From Alphaproteobacteria bacterium (lineage in GTDB: Bacteria; Pseudomonadota; Alphaproteobacteria; ATCC43930; CGMCC-115725), in NCBI GenBank assembly GCA_021324875.1, contig JAJPIH010000110.1:1-56763 (forward strand): a DNA stretch of 56,763 bases, given 5' to 3'. A program made the translations under genes and the position numbers. Shown piece by piece: positions 48,026 through 56,763 of this stretch. The notes under the pieces were generated by a model that was not told the origin of the DNA, ran no database searches, and was given only the letters and a program-made list of their open reading frames with translations. Numbering within the stretch: position 1 is the first letter of the stretch; the number at the start of each line of letters is the position of its first letter.

Positions 48026-49567
48026 TTAAGGCGCGGCGCCGGCCCGGGTCGTATCGACAAACCCCTCGGTCGCGGCGTCGATCGCACGGCCTTTGCGACC
48101 GCGCGGCGCGTGGATGTAGAGAGGCGAGCGGGCTGCGCCCGGCGCCTCCCGCCAGGTCGGCGGGATCTCGTAAACCACCGGCCGTTGGTGATCGGCAAGC
48201 AGCAATTCGGGGCGGTACTGCCGGTCGAGCAGATAAAGGCTCTTCAGAAAATTGGGATGGCCGCGCAGCAATTGGCGGGCGACCGTGCCGGCGACCGTGT
48301 AGGCCGTCCGCCACCCGGCAAATTTACGGTAAAAGGCGCGTTGGGTGGTCACCAGCTCATCGTAGAACTCGGCAAGGGGCAGACGCGTCGGCAGCACCGC
48401 ATGAGCGATGTCATAGAGGCGGTAATCGCGGGTGGTCAGCGAACGCTCTTCGGTTAGCCAGCTTTCGGTTCCAGGATAAGGCGTATTGACGCTGAGATTG
48501 ACAACCTCGGGCACGTCGAGGCCCCATTCGCGCACCAGCCGGAAGCGCTCGTGATCCCAGTCGGGATCGGCGATCAGATTGATGGCGACGATCAGCCCCA
48601 AGGATCGGGCAAATTCGAGCGCCTCGAAATTGCGGTCGAGCAAGGTGCGCTTGCGATAACGGGTGAGCCCTTCCTCGTCGATCGCCTCCAACCCCAAAAA
48701 CAAATATTGCAGACCAATGGTCTTCCAGAAGCGGAACACGTCTTTGTGGCGGAGCAATACATCGCCGCGAGTTTCGAGGTAATAGCGCTTTTTGATGCCG
48801 GCCGCGGCGATCGCCTCGCCCAATTCCATGGCGTGGCGCTCATGGACAAAAGCGACATCGTCGACGACAAAAATGCCGGGCTCGCGAATGCGGCGCAGAT
48901 CTTCGACGATCCGTCCGGGACTGACCAAACGATAGCTGCGGCCGTAAAACGTCCAGGCGCTGCAAAACGAGCAGTCCCAAGGGCAGCCGCGCGAAAACTC
49001 GATCGACGCGCAAGGGTCTAGAATGCCGAGAAAATATTTGCGGCGATGACGCAACAGATCGCGCGCCGGGGTCACATCATCGAGGGATTGAACAAAGATC
49101 GGCGCGGGCCCGTCGCCGGCGGCGGTTACCGCCCCCGGGACGGTCAGCAGATCGCGGCCGCTCGCCACCGCCTCCAACAGCAGGGGTATCGCCGCTTCGC
49201 CCTCGCCCTTGAGCACGCAATCGATCGCGCCCTCGCCATGCGCGATCAGCGCGGCGGCGGTAAATGACGCGCTGTGCCCGCCGACAACGATGAAGAGGCC
49301 GGGATGGCGCGCCTTGGTCGCCTTGGCGAGATCGACGATCTCGGGCACGTTGGCGAGATAATTGCAGCCGAATGCGACAACGTCGGGGCGCCAGCGATCG
49401 AGAGCGCGAAAATAGGCGCGCTCGCTCTCGACCTGGAGATCGAGCAGGCGCACCGCATGTCCTGCCTGTCGCGCCGCGGCCGCGATCAATTCGAGGCCGA
49501 TCGGTTCGAGGCGCAAGAACATCTGGGCGTAGGTCAACGGGCCGGGATGGACGCAGAACAGGCGCAT
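48026..49567 (-). CDS. B12-binding-domain radical SAM enzyme (class B, methylase-like)
   Basis: 513 aa. N-terminal cobalamin-binding fold (VVAFGCNYLANVPE..VVGGHSAS) followed by the radical SAM motif SRGCPWDCSFCS. From memory it resembles the hopanoid C-3 methylase HpnR type, but this is unverified. Confidence 0.85.
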   Translation of the reverse strand: MRLFCVHPGPLTYAQMFLRLEPIGLELIAAAARQAGHAVRLLDLQVESERAYFRALDRWRPDVVAFGCNYLANVPEIVDLAKATKARHPGLFIVVGGHSASFTAAALIAHGEGAIDCVLKGEGEAAIPLLLEAVASGRDLLTVPGAVTAAGDGPAPIFVQSLDDVTPARDLLRHRRKYFLGILDPCASIEFSRGCPWDCSFCSAWTFYGRSYRLVSPGRIVEDLRRIREPGIFVVDDVAFVHERHAMELGEAIAAAGIKKRYYLETRGDVLLRHKDVFRFWKTIGLQYLFLGLEAIDEEGLTRYRKRTLLDRNFEALEFARSLGLIVAINLIADPDWDHERFRLVREWGLDVPEVVNLSVNTPYPGTESWLTEERSLTTRDYRLYDIAHAVLPTRLPLAEFYDELVTTQRAFYRKFAGWRTAYTVAGTVARQLLRGHPNFLKSLYLLDRQYRPELLLADHQRPVVYEIPPTWREAPGAARSPLYIHAPRGRKGRAIDAATEGFVDTTRAGAAP

Positions 49568-49746
49568 GGCAACACCCCTCCCTTGGCGGTTGCAGCCTTG
49601 GCGCGCGATCAGGGCGACGCCCCTGCCGCATGCCGTCTAATGTGCGGGTGAATGCGGCAAATTCCTACCGGTTCCGGCGGCTGTGATAAATATCGCAGAC
49701 ATTGCGGGGGTGCGGGACCGTCCGTCCCGCCGCACCGCCGGAAAGG

Positions 49747-50529
49747 ATGCTGGAGATGAGCCAGGATTGGGCCAAGCTCGCCGCCGATCTGGAGCGCCTG
49801 TTGAAATTGCGCTCGATCCCGTTCGGCATGAAGCTGTTTGAACAGCGCGCCGCAATGGAGGCGATCCCCCGGATCCGCCGACCCTCGGCGATCCATACCC
49901 TCGACCAGATCGTCGCCCAATGCGCGCGGCTCGGATGGACGGTCGGGTTGACCGCCGACGATCTGGTCGGCGCGCAATGCCGAGCGGTGGTCGGGCTGGG
50001 TGCGGCCAAGGACGCCGAATGGCGCTCCGGTCAGCACATGGTCGGGGTCTGGTATAGCTCGCCCGAAGATGCGCGTGCCCATCAGGCGGCGATGGCGTGC
50101 GTTCCTGACGGACGCTATGAAGCGCTGGCGGTGGCGCCGCTGGCCTCGGGCCGGCTTGACCCGCCCGACATTGCCTTGTTTTACGCGACCCCCGGAGCCA
50201 TGATCTATTTCATCAATGGATTGCAATGGGCCGGCTACAAACGCTTTGACTGGAGTGTCGTTGGCGAGTCGGCCTGCGCGGATTCCTGGGGTCGGGCGCT
50301 CAAAACCCGCGAGCCCAGCCTGTCGATCCCGTGCTTTGCCGAGCGGCGTTATGGCGGCGTGCTCGATGACGAGATGCTGATGGCCCTGCCACCCGATTAC
50401 CTGGCGAAGGCGATCGCGGGGATGGAGGCGTTGTCAAAAAACGGCCTGCGCTATCCGTTTCCGCAATACGGCATCCAGCAGGACGCGCGCGCCGGGCTCG
50501 CCGTCAGCTATGGCAGCCGCGGCGGCTGA
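49747..50529 (+). CDS. DUF169 domain-containing protein
   Basis: 260 aa. N-terminus L..LL.L...P.G.K and overall pattern are consistent with DUF169. ATG 49747 follows GGAAAGG. Divergent from the radical SAM gene. Confidence 0.65.
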   Translation: MLEMSQDWAKLAADLERLLKLRSIPFGMKLFEQRAAMEAIPRIRRPSAIHTLDQIVAQCARLGWTVGLTADDLVGAQCRAVVGLGAAKDAEWRSGQHMVGVWYSSPEDARAHQAAMACVPDGRYEALAVAPLASGRLDPPDIALFYATPGAMIYFINGLQWAGYKRFDWSVVGESACADSWGRALKTREPSLSIPCFAERRYGGVLDDEMLMALPPDYLAKAIAGMEALSKNGLRYPFPQYGIQQDARAGLAVSYGSRGG

Positions 50530-50565
50530 CCGGCCCGGATCGCATGATCGGGCGAGCGGCGCAAA

Positions 50566-51570
50566 CTAGCCGCCGACGCGGCGAACCGGACGCAACCGCA
50601 GACCCGGGGCCGGGCGCTCAAGCAGAACCTCACGGCGAAAACGCACGAGCCTCGCCGGGCGGCCGCCGGTCGCCGCAGTGATGCCGCCGGTCTCCTCGAC
50701 GAGACCTTGCTGCTCGACCAGGCGGCGAAAATTCTGTTTGTGCAGCCGCACGCCCGCCAGCGCCTCGACCGTGCGCTGCAACTGCAGCAGCGTAAAGGCG
50801 GGGGGCATCAGCTCGAACACGACCGGGCGGTATTTGATCTTGCCCCGCAAGCGGCCGATTGCGGTGGCCAGGATGCGCCGGTGGTCGGCGGCCATCGGCG
50901 CCCCCGATGCCGGCAGGTCCGGCGCCGGCGGCCGGCGCCCCTGGTCGCGCCAAGCCTCGGCGACGAGCCCCGCCTCATACAGAAGCTCGTAGCGCTCGAG
51001 CACCAGCTCCTCATTCCACGAGGCGGCGAAGGCCAGCCCGAAACGCTCGCTGCGCAGCTGTCTTTCGCCATCACTCGCTGCGCTCTCGGCCCAGCGCGCA
51101 AGCCGTTCTTCAAGCGGACCCAACGCCGCCGGCTTGCCGCTGCGCCAATCCTCCCACGGGAAATGGCGATACCAGCTCTGCCACAGCGCATCAAACGGGC
51201 CGCCGGCGCGCGCCTCGCGCACCAAAGCCAGATAGGCCACGGTCAGCGCCCGTGCCGGACGGTCGTCGCCGGTTTCGACGCGGTCGCGGTCGCCAAAAGT
51301 GTAAAGCTGTTCGACGTAACCGAGCTTCTGGCCTGTCTGGCGCTCGACCCAGGCGCGCAGTCCGACCTCGAGTGTGCGGTGCTCGACTTCGAGCGGACCG
51401 GACGGCAGGGCCACAACCGGCGTGCTGCCGATGCGCACCGCCAGCACCCGCGGCTCTTCGGTCGTGGCGGCGACAATCACGGCGCTCAACCGGATCGCGA
51501 GGGCGGCACCGGTGCCGGAGGATTTCGAGACGCCCGCAACGGGCGCGGTGGCGGCCGCAACGTTAGCCAT
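50566..51570 (-). CDS. Nudix-like domain + winged-helix regulator (NrtR/NadQ-type)
   Basis: 334 aa. An N-terminal Nudix-fold-like region lacks a clean GX5EX7REUXEE box. The C-terminus (FTLLQLQRTVEALAGVRLHKQNFRRLV) resembles the NrtR/NadQ wHTH. Called from memory of these families. Confidence 0.55.
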   Translation of the reverse strand: MANVAAATAPVAGVSKSSGTGAALAIRLSAVIVAATTEEPRVLAVRIGSTPVVALPSGPLEVEHRTLEVGLRAWVERQTGQKLGYVEQLYTFGDRDRVETGDDRPARALTVAYLALVREARAGGPFDALWQSWYRHFPWEDWRSGKPAALGPLEERLARWAESAASDGERQLRSERFGLAFAASWNEELVLERYELLYEAGLVAEAWRDQGRRPPAPDLPASGAPMAADHRRILATAIGRLRGKIKYRPVVFELMPPAFTLLQLQRTVEALAGVRLHKQNFRRLVEQQGLVEETGGITAATGGRPARLVRFRREVLLERPAPGLRLRPVRRVGG

Positions 51571-51681
51571 GGTCCCAGAATCGCCCGGGGTTGCGGTATT
51601 CTATTCCACCATTGACCGCGCGCCTAATCCCGTCGCAACCGGTTGTGCCACCGACATTGATGACCCTGCTGCGGCGGGGTT

Positions 51682-52548
51682 TCAGATGTCGGCCAGGTAT
51701 TTTTGTTCGCAAGCCCGCCAGGCATCGGTGCCAACCGCGGCCTCGCGTTCGGCGAAGCTAGCAAGCTCGCGCTCGATCCGGGTGGTGTCGCCATCCTGCT
51801 TCAGAACGGCGAGCACTTTCTGCGCCGCGCGGATCGCCGCGCGATGGGTCTGCGACGGATAGATGCCGAGCCGAAACCCCATCCGCTCGAGCTCGAGGGC
51901 CGGCACCATTGGCGTCTTGCCGCCTTCGAAGACATTGACCAGAGCCGGACCCGCAACCCGCCGGGCGACCAGGCGCAGTTCCTCAATATCCTGCGGCGCC
52001 TCGACAAAACCGACATCGGCCCCGGCTTCTAGATAGGCGTTGACGCGGTCGATCGCCGCATCGAGCCCTTCGACGGCGCGGGCGTCGGTGCGGGCGATCA
52101 CGACGAGGTCGGGATCGCGCCGGGTGTCGACCGCCGCCTTGATCTTGCCCAGCATTTCGCTGCGCGAGATCACCTCTTTGCCCTCGTAATGGCCGCATTT
52201 CTTCGGCGAGACCTGGTCTTCGAGATGGAAGGCGGCGACCCCTGTTTTCTCGTATTCGCGGACGGTGCGGATGACGTTGATCGCGTTGCCGTAACCGGTA
52301 TCGGCGTCGGCGATGACCGGGATGTTTACCGCTTCGACGGCCATGCCGATAAAATGCACATTTTCGGACAGCGGCATCAGACCGAGATCGGGATAGCCAC
52401 TGGCCCGCGAGTAGCCGCCGCCGGTCAGATAAACCGCTTCGAAGCCGGCCGCTTCGACCAGCCGCGCCGTCAACGGGTCGTAGGCGCCCGGAACCATTGT
52501 GTAGCCGGCGCGGCCGATCAGCTGCCGCATCCGCTGGCGAACCGTCAT
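51682..52548 (-). CDS. isocitrate lyase/PEP mutase superfamily enzyme (methylisocitrate lyase / carboxyvinyl-carboxyphosphonate phosphorylmutase / oxaloacetate decarboxylase type)
   Basis: Motifs [32 protein letters not shown] and ARTDA. ATG 52548 follows AGGAGGA. Confidence 0.85.
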   Translation of the reverse strand: MTVRQRMRQLIGRAGYTMVPGAYDPLTARLVEAAGFEAVYLTGGGYSRASGYPDLGLMPLSENVHFIGMAVEAVNIPVIADADTGYGNAINVIRTVREYEKTGVAAFHLEDQVSPKKCGHYEGKEVISRSEMLGKIKAAVDTRRDPDLVVIARTDARAVEGLDAAIDRVNAYLEAGADVGFVEAPQDIEELRLVARRVAGPALVNVFEGGKTPMVPALELERMGFRLGIYPSQTHRAAIRAAQKVLAVLKQDGDTTRIERELASFAEREAAVGTDAWRACEQKYLADI

Positions 52549-52664
52549 ATTGTCCTCCTGTCGCTGCCTCGGCCGGCCGCCCGCCGTCACCGGATAAGGC
52601 GGTCGTGGCCCGGCGGACCGTGTATAAGGGTTGGCGGCCCGGTGAAGAAGGGAGCGAGGGTGTC

Positions 52665-53555
52665 GTGCCCGAAGCCGCGATCATCGACGGCAGGACGATT
52701 GCCGCCGAACTGCGCAAGCGCGTCGCTGATGCCGCGGCCGGGCTGCGCGCCGTGCACGGGCTCATCCCCGGCCTCGCGACGATCCTGGTCGGCGATGATC
52801 CGGCCAGCCACAGCTATGTCCGCGCCAAGCATGCAGCCTGTGTCGCAGCCGGGCTCGCCACATTCGACCGCCGCCTGCCGGCGACCGCAAGCGCAACCGA
52901 TCTGATCGCCGAGATCGCGCGGCTCAACGCCGATCAACGCGTTGACGGGATATTGGTGCAACTGCCCTTGCCGGCGCAGATCGACGCCCATCGGGTGATC
53001 GCAGAAATCGATCCGGACAAGGACGTCGACGGGTTTCATCCGGTCAATGTCGGACGGCTGTGGAGCGGCCTTCCCGGCATGGTCCCCTGCACCCCGCAAG
53101 GCTGCATGATGTTGTTGCGCTCGGTGCGGCGCGACCTGGCCGGCGCCGAGGCGGTCGTTGTCGGCCGGTCGAGCATTGTCGGGCGGCCGCTGGCGGCGTT
53201 GCTGTTGGCCGCCGACTGCACAGTCACCCTCGCCCACTCGAAGACCCGTCACGCCGCCGAGATTGCTCGACGGGCCGACATTCTGATTGCGGCAGTCGGC
53301 CGGCCGCGATTGATCGGTGCCGAGTGGATCAAGAGCGGCGCGATCGTGGTCGATGTCGGGATCACGCCGATGATTGGCGCCGATGGGCGTCGGCAGATGG
53401 TCGGCGACGTCGATTTTGCGGCGGCGCGATCGATCGCCGCGGCGATCACGCCGGTTCCGGGTGGTGTGGGGCCGATGACAATTGCGTGTCTTCTGCGCAA
53501 TACCCTCGGCGCTGCCTGCCGCCGCCGCGGGATCGCCGACCCGCTGGCGCTGTAA
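52665..53555 (+). CDS. folD: bifunctional methylenetetrahydrofolate dehydrogenase/cyclohydrolase
   Basis: Motifs [36 protein letters not shown] and [13 protein letters not shown] 52665 was chosen as the start. Confidence 0.9.
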   Translation: MPEAAIIDGRTIAAELRKRVADAAAGLRAVHGLIPGLATILVGDDPASHSYVRAKHAACVAAGLATFDRRLPATASATDLIAEIARLNADQRVDGILVQLPLPAQIDAHRVIAEIDPDKDVDGFHPVNVGRLWSGLPGMVPCTPQGCMMLLRSVRRDLAGAEAVVVGRSSIVGRPLAALLLAADCTVTLAHSKTRHAAEIARRADILIAAVGRPRLIGAEWIKSGAIVVDVGITPMIGADGRRQMVGDVDFAAARSIAAAITPVPGGVGPMTIACLLRNTLGAACRRRGIADPLAL

Positions 53556-53878
53556 GCGCGACGCGGCGCGAAGCGGTGTGCCGGCCGCGCCGGCTCGCCG
53601 CCACCGGATGGTGGTTCCTCGAGCGACGGGCGTGCCGTCCGCGACGATGCTCGCCGGGCGATGCACCGGCGGGGCAAATTACCGCCCTCCTCTTATCCCC
53701 ATGACGGCAGGGATCCCCGAAAATTCTACGTCCGGTTCATCCGCGCCAAAGCTAATAGATAATCAGTTGTTAGGCTTCGCTGTCGCCGTTGGGGCGTTCA
53801 ACCGCGAAGAATATTCAGTGTGGATGCATTATCCAGAACTTGTTCACCTTTCAGGATGATGCTCGCAACGCGGCAGGT

Positions 53879-53903
53879 GGAACAAGGAACACCTCGATTT
53901 GTT
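53879..53903 (+). promoter_or_regulatory. candidate EcfG-type (general stress response ECF sigma) promoter, GGAAC-N16-TGTT
   Basis: GGAAC at 53879-53883 and (T)GTT at 53900-53903. The alphaproteobacterial EcfG consensus is GGAAC-N16/17-(C/G)GTT, so there is one mismatch. It lies about 38 nt upstream of ATG 53941. Confidence 0.3.
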
Positions 53904-53940
53904 TACCCTGCGGCACTCAAAGTGCAAGGAGGTGGGAGTC

Positions 53941-54330
53941 ATGATGCTTAAAACTTTGACGACAACGGCTGCCGCGGCGGGTCTGCTGGCCATCACGGCG
54001 GTCGCCGGACAGGCGCAGCCCGCACCCGGCAACGCCTGGGTGCGCAGCGACCATAGCTGGACGTGGTCACCGCGGGCCAACATTGTTCAGAGCGAGCGCT
54101 ACAGCCGTCTGGTCGCGACCAACCCCCGATTCCGCGCGCAGCGCGAGCGGATCGAATGCGGTCCGATCACCGACCCGACCCTGCATCAGCAATGCCTCGA
54201 CACCTTTACCCAGAACGTGCAGGCGTGGCGTAACGGAACCGCCCAGGCCTATTACCGCGATGCGCTGAGCGGACCGGCCTACGGCTCCTCGACGCCGCCG
54301 CAGCCCTATATTTCGAGCGCCGGCCAATAA
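53941..54330 (+). CDS. small secreted hypothetical protein (129 aa)
   Basis: AAGGAGG SD. Signal peptide MMLKTLTTTAAAAGLLAITAVAGQA/QP. Two Cys residues (ECGPITDPTLHQQC). No family recognised. Confidence 0.6.
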   Translation: MMLKTLTTTAAAAGLLAITAVAGQAQPAPGNAWVRSDHSWTWSPRANIVQSERYSRLVATNPRFRAQRERIECGPITDPTLHQQCLDTFTQNVQAWRNGTAQAYYRDALSGPAYGSSTPPQPYISSAGQ

Positions 54331-54331
54331 T

Positions 54332-54373
54332 CGGGGCACAGCCCCGGCGGAAGTCCGCCAACGGGCTTCCGCC
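54332..54373. terminator. two adjacent GC hairpins between convergent genes (weak bidirectional terminator candidate)
   Basis: CGGGGC-ACA-GCCCCG followed by GGCGGAAG-N12-CTTCCGCC. No clear U-tract. Confidence 0.3.
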
Positions 54374-54390
54374 GGCCAAATGTGGCGCCG

Positions 54391-55197
54391 TCATCCGGCG
54401 AGGATGTAGCGATAGATGGCGGCGGCAAATCCGTCGTCGTCGTTCGATAGCGTGACCGCCTGGGCCAGCGCCTTGACCTCGGCGGTGGCGTTGCCCATCG
54501 CAATCGCAAAGCCGGCGCGACGAAACATCTCGACGTCGTTGCCCATGTCGCCGAGCATGGCGATTTGCTCATGGGCGAGCCCGAGCCGTGCGGCCAGCAG
54601 ATCAATCAGCCGCCCCTTGTCGATCCCGGGCGGGGTGATGTCGCAGTAATAGGGTTGCGAGCGCAAAACCGTGGCGCGGCCGTCCAGCGCCTGCTGCCCG
54701 GCGGTGACCGCCGCGGCGATGCGGTCATGGTCTTTGCTGGCGCCGACGATTTTCGACACGCCGCCAAGCCGGCCGGCAAAAGAGGCGACAACGCTGGGCG
54801 GGGTGTCGATCGTGTGGATTTCGAGATCGACATAATCGCCGGCCGGATCGCGGATCAGCCATTCGCGCCCGGTGAAAACCCAGATGCTGGTGATGCCATG
54901 CTTTTCCAATAGCGCGATCGCATCTTCCGCGGCGGCGGGGGTGAGCAGTTTCTGTTCGACCGGCGACAAATCAGGGTTGACGATCGCGCCGCCATTATAG
55001 CCGCCAAAGGGAAGCTTCAGCCCTAATGGCGCGATCAGCATCCGCTGACCAAAAGGCGGTCGGCTGCTGCAAATCGAGAAGGCGATCCCGGCGGCGTGCA
55101 GCCGGGCGGCAGCGGCGATCGCCGCCGCGGTCAGCCGCTTGTCGGTGGTCACCAGCGTGCCGTCGACATCGCTGACGACAAGCGCAAATTTTCTCAT
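54391..55197 (-). CDS. Cof-type HAD-IIB family hydrolase (sugar phosphatase-like)
   Basis: Motif I VVSDVDGTL and motifs III/IV MLGDMGNDVEMF. The start overlaps the rpiA stop (TAATG). Confidence 0.85.
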   Translation of the reverse strand: MRKFALVVSDVDGTLVTTDKRLTAAAIAAAARLHAAGIAFSICSSRPPFGQRMLIAPLGLKLPFGGYNGGAIVNPDLSPVEQKLLTPAAAEDAIALLEKHGITSIWVFTGREWLIRDPAGDYVDLEIHTIDTPPSVVASFAGRLGGVSKIVGASKDHDRIAAAVTAGQQALDGRATVLRSQPYYCDITPPGIDKGRLIDLLAARLGLAHEQIAMLGDMGNDVEMFRRAGFAIAMGNATAEVKALAQAVTLSNDDDGFAAAIYRYILAG

Positions 55198-55898
55198 TAC
55201 CGCGTCCTCGGCGGCGGCGAGAGGACCTCCACCCCGGTGGTCGTCGCCGCCACGACCATCGATGTGCGGCCGATAAAGAGCCCGCTTTCAACGGTGCCGA
55301 CCGTGTCCGCGATGCGTCGTTCAAGCAGCGCCGGGTCGGCGATCGGGCCGAACTGGCAGTCGAGGATGAAATGGCCCTCATCGCTGATAAACGGCTCCTC
55401 GCCGGCGTAGCGCCGCACCGGCGCACAGCCTAAGGCGGCCAGTGCCGCGGCGGTTCTTTGCCAACCGAAGCGGGTCACCTCGACCGGAACCGGGGTGTGC
55501 TCGCCCAGCCGGTCGACCAGCTTTTCCTGGTCGACGACGATGACCAGCCGGCGGCTGGCCGCGGCGACAATTTTTTCGCGCAGCAAGGCGCCGCCGAGCC
55601 CTTTGATCAGATTGAGCGTGCCAAGCTCGACCTCGTCGGCGCCGTCGATTGTCAGGTCGAGCTGTTGATATTCGGCAAAGGTCGCGATCGGGATGCCGAG
55701 CCGGCGGGCCTGTTCGGCGGTGCGCTCTGAACTCGGGATGCCGGTGATGCGCAGCCCTGCCCGAACCCGCGCCGCCAACCCCTCGACGACAAAAGCGGCG
55801 GTCGAACCGGTCCCGAGGCCGAGGATCATGCCGTCCTCGACCTCCTCGATCGCGCGCGCCGCGGCGGCGCGCTTCAACGCGTCGCGGTCGATCATCAT
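55197..55898 (-). CDS. rpiA: ribose-5-phosphate isomerase A
   Basis: Motifs LGLGTGST, IDGADEV and KGLGGALLREK. The start overlaps the pgl stop. Confidence 0.92.
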   Translation of the reverse strand: MMIDRDALKRAAAARAIEEVEDGMILGLGTGSTAAFVVEGLAARVRAGLRITGIPSSERTAEQARRLGIPIATFAEYQQLDLTIDGADEVELGTLNLIKGLGGALLREKIVAAASRRLVIVVDQEKLVDRLGEHTPVPVEVTRFGWQRTAAALAALGCAPVRRYAGEEPFISDEGHFILDCQFGPIADPALLERRIADTVGTVESGLFIGRTSMVVAATTTGVEVLSPPPRTR

Positions 55899-56617
55899 TG
55901 CGGCGCGTTGGCCGCCTGGTCGACAAACCAGACGAGCTCACCCTGCGGTGCGAGCCGCGCCGCCGGCAGCGCGGGGTCGCCGGCCCGCGCCCGTGCAAGA
56001 ATGGCGCGCTTGTCGGCGCCGGCGACCAAAAACGCGGTGTGCCGGCTGCTTTCGAGCACCGGATAAGTGAGCGTGATGCGGTCTTCGGCGCGGGCGCCGA
56101 CGACTTCAACCGCCCATCGCCGCCGCTCGTCGAGCACCGCGGTATCTGGGAACAGCGAAGCGGTATGACCGTCGGGCCCGAGGCCGAGGAGTTCGATGTC
56201 GAATAGCGGACGCGCCGGATCGAGCGTTTGGGCGGCGTAGAACATTTGCAGGATCCGCTCGTATTCGCGTGCCGCCGCCGCCGGGTCGCCCTCGGTCGGG
56301 ATTGCATGAATATTGGCCGCGGGGACCGGCGCCCGCGCCAACAGCGCCTCCCGCGCCATCCGATAGTTGCTGTCCGGATGGTCGGGCGGGACAAAGCGCT
56401 CGTCGCCCCAGAACCAGTGCAGGCGGTCCCATGGCAGCTGCTCGCGCAACGGCGGTTCGGCGAGCAGTTGATAGAGCCGGCGCGGGGTCGAGCCGCCCGA
56501 CAGGTTGACCGCGCAACGGCCGCGGCTTTGCGCGGCAATCGCTGCAATCCACCGCCCGGCGCGCTGGGCCAGATCCTCGGCGTCTTGAGCGATTTCAATA
56601 CGGGTTTGGGTCGGCAA
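55895..56617 (-). CDS. pgl: 6-phosphogluconolactonase
   Basis: Motifs LSGGSTP, WFWGDER and LGLGPDGHTASLFP. Start set at TTG 56617, 6-8 nt after GAGAGGTGG and just downstream of the rpe stop. The track start 56752 would overlap rpe. Confidence 0.85.
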   Translation of the reverse strand: MPTQTRIEIAQDAEDLAQRAGRWIAAIAAQSRGRCAVNLSGGSTPRRLYQLLAEPPLREQLPWDRLHWFWGDERFVPPDHPDSNYRMAREALLARAPVPAANIHAIPTEGDPAAAAREYERILQMFYAAQTLDPARPLFDIELLGLGPDGHTASLFPDTAVLDERRRWAVEVVGARAEDRITLTYPVLESSRHTAFLVAGADKRAILARARAGDPALPAARLAPQGELVWFVDQAANAPQ

Positions 56618-56630
56618 TTTTCGCCACCTC

Positions 56631-56763
56631 TCAGGCTCGGCGCGGGGCGGAGTTGCGGATCGCGGCGATCGCGCGGGCATAATCGGGCGCGTGAAACACC
56701 GCCGAGCCGGCGACAATCGCGGTGGCGCCGGCCTCAACCACCTGCCAGGCATTGTCGCCGGAA
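56631..56763 (-). CDS. rpe: ribulose-phosphate 3-epimerase, C-terminal fragment (5' part lies outside the window)
   Basis: Hand translation gives ..GDNAWQVVEAGATAIVAGSAVFHAPDYARAIAAIRNSAPRRA*, which matches the Rpe C-terminus (AGA..V.GSA.F...DY...I). Stop TGA at 56631-56633. Confidence 0.75.
   Translation of the reverse strand, partial: SGDNAWQVVEAGATAIVAGSAVFHAPDYARAIAAIRNSAPRRA

Noticed and set aside
45227-48029. Plus-strand ORFs of 518 and 433 aa opposite comM and the radical SAM pseudogene
   Set aside because: They are shadow frames of GC-rich coding sequence. The minus-strand products carry diagnostic motifs (AAA+ Walker A, CxxxCxxC), and the plus-strand products carry none.
49568-49746. 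A cobalamin riboswitch upstream of the B12-dependent radical SAM gene
   Set aside because: I could not find a B12-box-like core (AGYCMGGAGACCKGCC-type) or the expected length and structure in this 179-nt region.

Overview
This is a GC-rich chromosomal window from an alphaproteobacterium. The phylum-level call rests on CtrA and ChpT, a bactofilin, sdhCDAB, dxs-ispA-xseB and an rpe-pgl-rpiA cluster; I cannot place the taxon more finely. I support about 55 protein-coding genes, 2 tRNAs (Glu-CUC and Cys-GCA) and 2 pseudogenes. I found no rRNA, CRISPR array, IS element, integrase or phage genes.

Most of the window is housekeeping: TCA cycle, purC, folD, dapB, nth, isoprenoid synthesis and the pentose-phosphate pathway. 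Envelope and accessory genes are interspersed:
- an RND efflux pair
- a kpsM-kpsT-kpsE-glycosyltransferase capsule-export block next to tRNA-Cys
- a distant kpsS
- an additional glycosyltransferase and epimerase
- a carbamoyltransferase

Observations most worth follow-up:
1. A secreted Trp/Gly/His-rich low-complexity protein that ends in four tandem HGGGW units.
2. A translationally coupled pair made of an HtrA/PDZ-like protein with all three catalytic residues replaced and a LuxR-type regulator with a degenerate receiver. Candidate operator repeats flank the pair.
3. A TPR-KpsM fusion ORF.
4. Tandem paralogous B12-type radical SAM genes, one decayed by an in-frame TAG plus a frameshift, divergent from a DUF169 gene.
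5. An AT-richer two-gene orphan cassette.
6. A frameshifted comM/yifB.

All family calls come from motif recognition by eye. No database search was run. Many long ORFs in the track are GC-driven shadow frames and were not called.
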